From Hyaloraphidium curvatum SAG 235-1 (Eukaryota > Fungi > Monoblepharomycota), in assembly GCA_025558095.1 (NCBI GenBank), contig JAIVFI010000011.1, positions 186,001 to 250,000 of the forward strand: 64,000 nucleotides of DNA, given 5' to 3'. A model generated the notes under the pieces. It was given only the letters and a program-made list of their open reading frames with translations, had not been told where the DNA came from and made no database searches. The translations under genes were made by a program, and so were the position numbers. Below, in pieces: positions 14,641-23,722 of the stretch. The stretch's first letter is position 1; each line of letters begins with the position of its first letter.

Positions 14641-16859
14641 TCACTCGCTCTCTACCCCTGTTGTTTCAGGAGCGGCCTTCTCTCCGTGCTGCTGTGCAGC
14701 TTTCTGCGCTTCTCGCATTTTGTCCACCGAGATCCGGATGATGAACCTGCCGGCTGTCGCCTTCACGGGCTCTGTTGGCGCCGTGGCAGCACTATCGCGA
14801 GCTTGCGGAGCGCTTTTCCTGGTGACGGCCTTCTTCAGAGCGCGCTGGTGGTACTTTCGCGGCTGTTCGTTCTTCGGTTAGCCTCGACGGATCACTCTCT
14901 CGGCGGGTATTACCTTGACATCAGCGAACTTGCGAGGTTCTGGTTTCTTCTCGGGCTTTGGCAGAGCCTTGAACGTGGTGCGAATGAACTCGTGGGTTAC
15001 CGTCGCCGCCTCAACCTGTTCGCCGAGGAGCAAGTCGACCATGGTGTCGGTCTCGAACGCCTTGGGATTCTGCGTCATGAAGCCGATCGCCTTTGCCGTG
15101 CCGTAGACGGGACTGAGACGCTGGATCTTGCTGTTCAGGTCGAATTCGAAAAGGCGGCTTATGATCTCGTCTCTCCGGACCATTCGGATTGCCGCTTCCT
15201 TCCCGAACCTCGTTGTTGCATCGACCAGAACCTGCCGGAACTCTTCGTGCTCGACGCGTTTAGCGGCACTGTCGCGCTTGACGATCGCAAGGACGAAGTC
15301 GTCTCCAAGAAGTGGATGTGTGAGCACGAGCCGCATCGAGTCCATGAACCGTTGGTCCAGGATCCGGCATGCGGCGCCGTCAGTGGCGAGAACGTTCTCC
15401 GCGAACTCCGCTCCGAACTCGTCAGCAGCTGCGCTCACGGCAGGTGCCGACGATGCGCCTGGCGAAGTCGATCCCGTGCTGGTCGATCAGCGAGCAGATG
15501 ATGGGCAGGAAGTCGGGGTCGTCGACGATCCGGCTCGCCGATCCGCTCGTGCCGACGATGCACTTGACGAAGTCGCGCCCGAGCTCCTGGTCGACCTTGA
15601 CAAGTGCGCTGGTGAAAGCAGGGTCGGCGATGCGGGTCGCGGAGGAGGGGGTGCGGGCGGCGCGTTCCAACACTTCGCGGCCGAAAAGCTCCTCGAGCGC
15701 GATGAGCGCACCGTGGCCATGTTCCGCGACGAGGTTCGCGATGGCCCCGGTCTGGAACCAAGCTCGCGCGTCCTCGGACTCAGCCCACTCGACGAACGCA
15801 ATGAGGTTCTTCTCCACCTCTGGCAGCTCGAAGGGTAGCAGGCGAAGGTGGCGAAGCTTCGGCGGCCAAAGACCCGGCGGCAGCCCCAGCACTGTCTTCA
15901 CGCGCGCGCAGGCTTCGGCGTGTGCCTTCAAGACGTCACCGAGCTCATCCTCAAGATCGGCGAACGTCATCGTCACGGAAGCCGTGCGTCCCCGTCTCGC
16001 GAACGCTTTCAGAAGCGAGATCGTCAGGGACTTCTCCCCCTTGGCTCTCGATTCCCCTCTGGAAGTTGCCTCCCAGGACAGATGAGCACGGAGCAGCGCG
16101 ACGATTTCGAGAACTTGGCCGTCCTCCCTGGCGTACGACAGCACTTCAACTCCGAGGTCGGCAAGCTTGTCGTCCGGATGGTCACGGAGGGTGGCGCGGG
16201 GGTCTCGGGTCGCCGCCGTCTCGAAGGCCTCGTGTTGGACGAGACCAGCGACGTATGCGTACGCAAGATTCGGGTCGCGGATCAGCTCGTCGATGCCGCG
16301 ATTCCACCAGATCAGACCGATAGGCACTGGATCCTTCGACCAGCTTTCGCGAATGAACCTTGCGGCGGCCGCCTGATCGAAGTCGGACGCCAGGCCGTTG
16401 CACGACAGCGGGATAATGTCGTCGAAGACCAGGTAGTGCCCGAGCCGCTTGATCAAGTCCCTTGCCGTGGAGCTGCCGGCGAGGTCGTGTGGCCCCTTGG
16501 CGTTCGCATGGGGGTACATGGCAAAAGCCAAGCCCCGCTCGGTGCCATCTCCTCGGGGTTGGAAGACGACGATCGAGCCGCCCTTTTCGCCTGCGAGGTA
16601 CTCGATCCTCCCCTCGAAGTGCTCCTTGAGTAGTTTCTCCTGGAGCAACGCTGCGACGAGGTGGGCGGGCACTATTGATGGGGTCGCACCCGGAGGATCT
16701 GGAAAGTGCTGGTGTCAACGCGCGATCACTTTGCGCTTGTGACCACGGACCTGGCTCTACTTGCTCAACTTGCTTTGGGGGCTGTTGCTGCAGCGCGGGG
16801 CGCTTGGCGCGGCCTGAGTCGGCCTGCCCAGGCGCTTTGCGCTTTGCAGCGCGCGCCAT
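14641..16859 (-). pseudogene. Disrupted gene for an NLS-bearing protein with 34-36-aa helical tandem repeats
   Basis: ATG 16859 (MARAAKRK...AKRP) and intron 16750-16699. A frame break near 15440 falls inside a repeat unit. After an in-frame TAA at 14878-14880 a coding-like frame continues to TGA at 14641. Confidence 0.6.
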
Positions 16860-18931
16860 GATCGAGGGGCCTATGGAGTGAGCGATCAGCCCCGCGCCGT
16901 TTGCGCAGAGCCTATTTGTCACCTGCCTTTACCGTCGGTTGGTTGCAGGACCGGCGTGCCGAGGATCGGTGGCCGCGGGGTCCGGTGTGAAAGGTCGGGG
17001 TGGAGAGCGGAAGCTGATGAAGCCGGGTCAGCTGTGCAAAATCTCCGCGGGCAACAAGCTAGACGATCACCTGCTCGGTTCCGGTGGCGTCGCTGGTCTC
17101 TCGTGCCCGCCCACCCGGCGCGGACGGGATGAGCGCTGATGCAGGGAAGCGCCGCGATCGGTCCCCGTTCCAGATCGCCGGTCCGCGCGCGTGCTGCCGA
17201 TACCAGTCACTCGAGAAATTGCTGCGTCTTGGCACTGCGCTCGGCCTTGCGGGGTGACGTGCGCGCGCGAGCACCGGGATTCGGGGTCGAGGTGCGGCTG
17301 TTTGGTTGTGCGGCTTCCCACCCACACAAAGGTCACACAACGGACTAGATCAGACTACCAGACCATAACAATCGCGACCATGTGCATGATTCTTTGATTA
17401 CACTGCTCGCTACACAGGAGATGCTTTAGCGTTGAGGGCGGATGACGTGTGGACACCACGACGCCCAACGGATGGCCGCAGCCCAAGCATGGCCCGCACG
17501 CGCGAATCGATCGCAATCTCGGGCATCGTGCTCGAAGGCAAAAGCGGCGCCAGCTTCTCGGCAGCCCCCGCCGCCCTCCCCAAACCCCTCCCCCGACGAC
17601 ATCCGAAACCGGCCATCCCGTCCGATCTCGAGCTCCGGAGCAGGGGTCAAAACTTAGCGTTCAAAAGTGTGCAAATTGCACCGTCCGACACAGGATTTGC
17701 ACCGTCGGCAACGAAGAAGGTGCAACTTTTGCACGCTTCCTTCCCTTTCTTTCCCTCCCCTTCCCTTCCTCTTCGTCCGGGAGACAGGAAACCCAGAAGC
17801 TACGCCCGACACTACGTCAAAGGCAGAGGATATCCCGCATGCCTGGTTCTCAGAGCGCTATCTCGGACGTGGTCATATCTCCCTGAATCATCATCGCATC
17901 TACTCTCGGCAAAAGCAAAGTCTATGCTCTACGATGACCTCAGGGCTGATCTCACACCTCTCGAATTGGCTTTCATGCGTTCGTGAACCCCATTTCCTAC
18001 TGGCGCTTAATGGCCCGGTAGGAATGGCTGGTCTTTACGAACGCCCCCAACCGGGCCATTAGCGCCCACGGATATGAAAGCTTTACCCAGATCGCAATCC
18101 AACTATCCCAAAAGCTATCTATTACATCGTCTCCTTTCGTACCTTCATAGCCTGCCCTTCAAACTGCTCGAGAGGACCGCGTCGCGCGATAAACAAGGCT
18201 TCTGCCGTCGGTCCGCGTCCTCATCCTGTCTTATCTATGAATAGCCCGCCAGACAGGGCGTCTATCTGCTCCTGCTCGTGGAATTGTGCTTTTCCGTCTC
18301 TATATCGGCCTCTCGGCCTGATCTTAGGGTGATCGGGTTCGTGGATGATTCTAGGGCACTATCTTGACGGCAGACGTCGGTTGCTCCCAAACAACCCGCT
18401 GAAGCACAAACCACCCTCAGGGGACAGCGACTCTTTGCTCGTTTGAAACGCCAAGAAGCTCAAGGCACACTTTCCGAGCCCCTGCTGGACGACCTCTCGG
18501 CTATCGATCTCTTGTCACGTTTGCTTACAACTACGCCTACCGCCCCCCTCCCCCGACCATTGTTTGTTCACCAACTCTGCTCGCGGGAACCCTGTTTTTC
18601 GACCTTCTCCCGCTAGGTGAGTTTCGATCGGCGTCGGCAAGGGACGGAAAGTGCGCCAAGGGTATCGAGGCGCTCAAACGGGTTCACGGTTGCCCCGGAA
18701 CCGGTCATCGTAAGTGGTGACCCGGTAAGAACTTCCCGTAGAAGTTCCAGGGAGTGCTTTGCCGGTAGAAAGCGTCGAGGAGCTGGGCGTGTGATCACTC
18801 TACGACCACAAGGTAACCCAGTGCCTGCGCCGCGAAACATCAAATATCTACTCATTTGCAAGCTGCTTTGCTCCTTCTGCTTTGCTCCTTCCGCTTTGAA
18901 CTTGCATCGGTTGACACTGATTGGGTGACCT

Positions 18932-20395
18932 ATGCACCTTTTGCACCGCCGCGAGCACGCGCGCCGCAATCGCCCCGCCGTGCCGCGGGCCCGTTTTCTC
19001 GCCCGGTCCGCCGCGATGGCCGAGCGGACGACGCCCGCCAGGCGGACCCGCCGGTTGACTTTGCGGACGGCGACGGAGACCGCGGCCAGCGAGACCGGGG
19101 CGCCGTCAGCAACGCTGTCGGCCTCCCTCACCCTCTCCGATGCCTCGCTGACGCCGGGCGAGGAGACGACGACCACGGCGGCGGCGACAAAGCGGACGAC
19201 GCTGAAGCTCACCACCACCACGACGACGACCACGACCCCGGTGTCGACGCTGCCGATCCCGACCCAATCCCTGCTCCCCCTCGACTCATCCTACCAACTG
19301 GGCGTCTACTCCGCGTTCAACACCACCCTGACGTGCAATCCCACGACCCTCAATTGCGGACTCGCCAACCCGCCGTCCTACTTCTCGCTCTCTTGCGGGG
19401 CTAGGGCGACAAACGGGTCCTGCCTCACTTTCTTGATGCAGATTCAGCCTGGCAACTCGCTGTGCCTCGTGGCGACGGCGGAGGGCACAATAGCTGTTCG
19501 GACCTGTCCGCGCCCGGTGCGATTGGCCGAGCTGGAGCGGCGGGAACGGGCCTATCGGGGCAACACCCCCGCGGACCTCGTGCCCCGGCCGCCGCCCCGG
19601 TTTCGCCGCGCGCTCAACGGCACCGGCGTCGCCAACCAGTACTGGACTGTCGCCCTCTTTGACCCCATTCCCAGCAACCCGACGCTGAGGATGCTGATCA
19701 ACACCGGCCGCTCTTCTGCGCTCGGGCCGGGCCAGGGCTGCCTGCTGCGGACCGTGTCCTCGAACCAAATCACCCTGGGCGACTGCGCGCAGCCGATCCA
19801 GAGCAACTGGACCTCCACCTGGGCCATCCCTGCTCCCGGCGAGAGCCCGCCACCGCAGCCGCCTCCGACGACCGCCCCTCTGAGCGGCGGCGCGATCGCG
19901 GGCATCGTGCTGGCGGCGATCGCGACGCTTCTGGGCATGTTCGGTCTCACGTACTGGTGCGTGCGGATCGACAAGAAGAAGAGGGAGGAGGAGGAGCGGG
20001 TAAAGGCCGAGAAGGCGGAGAAGGAGAAGGAGGCCAAGGAGAGGGCTGCCGCCAACGGCTCCGCACGGGGCTCAACGGACCGCCGCGGCGGGGATTCTGG
20101 GAACGGCACGGCGCTGGAACCGGTTTCCAGCTTTCGGACACAGCCGCTCAACGGCTCCTCTTCCCTCCCTGCCGGTTCCTCGAAGCCGGCGCAGTCCCGG
20201 GCAATGTCGCCGGGCTTCGACATCTTGGATGCCTATGCCGATCCCGGCCCGAGCGGGGCCACGACCTACGACTTATTGGACGCCTACGGTGCCCCGACGG
20301 GCTCGGAGCTGGGGCTCGTCCCCCTCACGCAGGGGAAGTCGACGCAGAGCGCAAAGAGCAGGAAGAGCCGGCGGAGCGGGGAGGTCCGAGCATGA
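18932..20395 (+). CDS. Single-pass membrane protein with Thr-rich stalk and Cys-containing ricin-B/beta-trefoil-like ectodomain
   Basis: T-rich region, SLCLVATAEG, NQYW, MLINTGRSSALGPGQGCLL, ITLGDC, TM LSGGAIAGIVLAAIATLLGMFGLTYW and a basic cytoplasmic juxtamembrane segment. The 5' end is uncertain (no clear signal peptide). Confidence 0.7.
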   Translation: MHLLHRREHARRNRPAVPRARFLARSAAMAERTTPARRTRRLTLRTATETAASETGAPSATLSASLTLSDASLTPGEETTTTAAATKRTTLKLTTTTTTTTTPVSTLPIPTQSLLPLDSSYQLGVYSAFNTTLTCNPTTLNCGLANPPSYFSLSCGARATNGSCLTFLMQIQPGNSLCLVATAEGTIAVRTCPRPVRLAELERRERAYRGNTPADLVPRPPPRFRRALNGTGVANQYWTVALFDPIPSNPTLRMLINTGRSSALGPGQGCLLRTVSSNQITLGDCAQPIQSNWTSTWAIPAPGESPPPQPPPTTAPLSGGAIAGIVLAAIATLLGMFGLTYWCVRIDKKKREEEERVKAEKAEKEKEAKERAAANGSARGSTDRRGGDSGNGTALEPVSSFRTQPLNGSSSLPAGSSKPAQSRAMSPGFDILDAYADPGPSGATTYDLLDAYGAPTGSELGLVPLTQGKSTQSAKSRKSRRSGEVRA

Positions 20396-20687
20396 GCTGG
20401 TGGCCTGTTGTGCGAGTTTGCTGTTTCCATGGCTTTGCTATCTATTGGAACGTATATGTTCTTATTGAAAAGAGCTTCCTTTGTCCTCCGTCTGTCTTCA
20501 TGCCGCATATTCCTTGTCATTTCGATCCTCGAACGAACGTGCGTGATGCGTGATGGTTCAAGGGCTGGTGGCTGCGCCTCCTCTCCTTCAAAACTCCCGC
20601 CCAGGGACCGCGGTTCAAAACCCCATCCGCGGGCTCAATCTTCCGTCATCGCGGCGGATCTCGCCCTTCCCGATCCCCCCCGCCGCC

Positions 20688-22564
20688 ATGCGCGCCCTCC
20701 GAGGCGCCGCGGCCGCCCTCCTTCTCGGCGCCCTCTCGGCATCCCCCGCCGCGGCGCAGCCCAAGTGGGACTGGGGCTGGCGCTTGGGCGAGCCCGAGGA
20801 GATTCACAATGACAAGAAGAACCTCGTCCAGCCCTGGGTGAGATCCGTGTCGCGGGAGGGAGTTGCGCACCCTCTGACCCGTCCCCCTGCCGCAGCACGT
20901 CTTCCCCGACGGCGGAATATCCACGTTCCGCGGGACGAACGGCAATTTCACGTCGTACTGGAGTAATTCGGAGAACTACAGGAACGAAGGCGCCACCGCG
21001 CTGCTCGAGGATCAGTACCGAAATGTGCCTGAGACTCCGTGGCCGGTACGTTGGTCCTCTCCTTGCCACTCCTCTGTTCCGTTCATTGACCTCGTACAAA
21101 GATGATCTATTACGGAGGCCGCGTCGACGCTCCCGTGTTCTACAACGGCGGGCGTTGGTTGCTCTCGGTGCACAAGCACCCGACCGACGGCAACCCGAAG
21201 CACCTCGTCGCCTTCGTCCACGCCGAGGACGCCTACTGGTTCGTCACCCACCCCAGCTCCCTTGGTGTTGCTCACCCATGATGTGTAGGCCCCGCCACGT
21301 TGCCGGCGGTCCCAACTGGAAGTCCATCATGGTCTCGCACTCGTTCGACGAGGGCATTACGTGGGAGGACCGCGGCCAGATCATCACGCACTCGCGCCCC
21401 CGACCCAGCGATGCAGACTCTTGGGACTCGTCCAAGATGCGCCAAACCACCGGCGGTCTCGGCAACCACGCCGCGATCTGGGACGAGCCCAACAAGCGTT
21501 GGGTGATTGTGTTCGAGGGCAACTGGAAAGGCGTGGCGATCAGCACCGACCCCGACGGCATGCCGGGCACCTGGTTGAAGTGGAACGGGACGGCCAGGGG
21601 TTTCTCGTCGCCGGGCATAGGCGGGGTCTGGGAGAGGATCCCGGCGCTGTCGGGGCTAACCGGGACAAACCCGATCCTCTCGTACAACGAGTACCTCGGC
21701 AAGGTGGGTTGTTCGTCGGCCACGCATCAACGGAGCTGACGCTTTCCCGGGCGCAGTACCTCCTCATGTACGGCCTCTGGCTGTCCAAGGGCGCCTACAT
21801 GGTGATCACGGCCACCAACGACTTCATCAACTACGAGGCCCCTCGGGTTTTCGTCCGCTCCGTCGACAACACTCGCGCGTGGTTCCCGACCCTCATCAAC
21901 GAGGAGTACGGGTCGTTCCGCAGCGGGCAGAAGAACTGGCTCTACTACGGTAAGGCGCTTTGTTTTCCCCATCAGGATTTCGACTCATCGCGATTTGGGT
22001 TTCAGCCGACAAGTTCGAGGTGCCCAAAACGGACCGGCGCCAGCTCACGAAACGCTTAGTCGAGTTCTGCATTGGCGATCGTTGCGGCGACAACTCGTCG
22101 TACGTCAATGCCACAGCGGAGCAGGGCACGGGCAACTTCTTGACCAACATCAGTGGGTCTCTCGTCCGCAGCTGTCCCCCTTTTCTGACGTGCTTGTCCC
22201 ATCCGCAGAGAACGACATCGACGGCGCAGACGCCGGCCAGAACCTCGGTCGGCCCGTGGGCAGCCCCTGCACGGCCAGCAACCAGCAGTGCACCACCACC
22301 TGCTGCGCCAACGGTCTGTGCGCGGAACGGCAGATCTGCGCTGCGGGCGGCGGCAAGTCCGACGGGGCGAGGTGCTCCGCGTCGGGCACGGAGTGCGCGA
22401 GCGGGTGCTGCGTCAACTCGCTGTGCACTTCGAGGAACAGCACGGCATGCGGCGGGAGTGGAGCCAAGCTTTCGTCCGCGAGCAAGCTCGAGACCCGTGG
22501 ACAGCAATCCATGGGCAACGCGGCCGCATTCGCCGCCTTTGTTTGGTCTTTGTTCCTGACTTGA
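20688..22564 (+). CDS. Secreted, probably GPI-anchored beta-propeller glycoside-hydrolase-like protein with two Cys-rich C-terminal repeats, multi-exon
   Basis: Signal peptide MRALRGAAAALLLGALSASPAAA; Asp-box SFDEGITW; AFVHAED; C-x6-C-x3-CC-x4-C motif twice; hydrophobic tail AAAFAAFVWSLFLT. Confidence 0.7.
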
Positions 22565-22740
22565 TCGATCCCGCTTTTCGCACGTCTGCGTATGATATCA
22601 GCCGATATATCTATTGTGGGGCCCGGATGGCCCCTCTATGCTCGAAAAACTAGGATTTGTAGCTATTGCAGGGCGCATGATACACTATGCCAATGATCCA
22701 GAGGTTGCTTCAAGTCCAATTGTGGCCGTCCGAGGCAGGC

Positions 22741-23616
22741 CTAGTGCTTTTCGGTGCCGTTGGCCGCTCCGTTGGCGTGCTCCGTGGAGACTGCTTTGGA
22801 GGTCTCGCGGCTCCATAACTTCCTCGCCTCGATCCAGTACGGTTCGTGCTGATACGTGTAGGTGTTGGTCCCGCCGTACTGGATCTCGTTGAGCTCCGCC
22901 GGTATGCTCTGGCGCAAAACTTCGCTGCCCTTGTTCACGAACTGGATTTTCGCCCGGGTAGCCGGATCCAGGAACGGTGAGATGGCTCTCCAGAAAATCG
23001 AGAAAATGGTAGGGGCTTCGTAAACCAGCGCGAGTCCCAGCCGCTCCACATAGTGGTTCTGCAGGATGTCCAGGACCTTTTTGGAAACCGACATCGGCGG
23101 CTGCTTGCTCATCGTCATCCCGACAAAGTCCATCAGCAGGCATATCTTGGACACGCCCGGTGGCATGGCCTTGACGGCCAGCTCCAGGCAGAAGACCGTG
23201 TACCGGAGCTGGCGGTCGTAGGTCTTGGTCGTCTCGTTCCGCGGCAGCATGTGTATGATTGGCCGGCCCTCCGAGTCAAAGCCATGCACATACATCTTCC
23301 CGTTCGTCGCCTCGTGCGAGACATCGTCAGGGTCAAGAAGGTCCGGTCTGAACTCGCGCCGCCATTCGAGCGTCGCGCGCAGCCGCTTCGCCGCCGCCTC
23401 GGCCGACAGGTGCTTCACCGAGCGGACGTACCGCACGAGGCACTCATCGTCGCAAAAGGCGAGCTCGCGCTCGCGGTGTTCTGGATCCTTGGAAACGAGG
23501 TCCGCCACGAGAGGCCGGAACGCGGCGAGCAGCTGCTCCTCCCGCTCCGTCAGCGGGGCCACCGGCACAGGCCCGAGGTGCGTAGGGTATTGGAGCATCG
23601 GGAGCTGGTCCGCCAT
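22741..23616 (-). CDS. Sec14/CRAL-TRIO phosphatidylinositol transfer protein (Pdr16/Sfh3-like)
   Basis: CLVRYVRS...RLRATLEWRREFRP, GKMYVHGFDSEGRPI, ILQNHYVERLG, PFLDPATRAKIQF and YGG. Confidence 0.92.
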   Translation of the reverse strand: MADQLPMLQYPTHLGPVPVAPLTEREEQLLAAFRPLVADLVSKDPEHRERELAFCDDECLVRYVRSVKHLSAEAAAKRLRATLEWRREFRPDLLDPDDVSHEATNGKMYVHGFDSEGRPIIHMLPRNETTKTYDRQLRYTVFCLELAVKAMPPGVSKICLLMDFVGMTMSKQPPMSVSKKVLDILQNHYVERLGLALVYEAPTIFSIFWRAISPFLDPATRAKIQFVNKGSEVLRQSIPAELNEIQYGGTNTYTYQHEPYWIEARKLWSRETSKAVSTEHANGAANGTEKH

Positions 23617-23722
23617 CGCCGCAACTCGGAATCCCCCGCCGCCCGTCGTTCCACGTTGCGCGCGCCCGCGTTCGGTTTGGGTCTCAGGCCGCGCGGGAAG
23701 AGTGACCCCGCCGCGCGCTTGG

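Noticed and set aside
14130-18610. Intact transposable element
   Set aside because: No transposase, RT or integrase motifs, and no TIRs, LTRs or TSDs that I could identify.
18640-18815. Resemblance to RNase P RNA (GGAAAGTGC) or the 5S rRNA 5' end (CTACGACCA)
   Set aside because: Only short word matches; no P4 partner strand or 5S internal boxes found.
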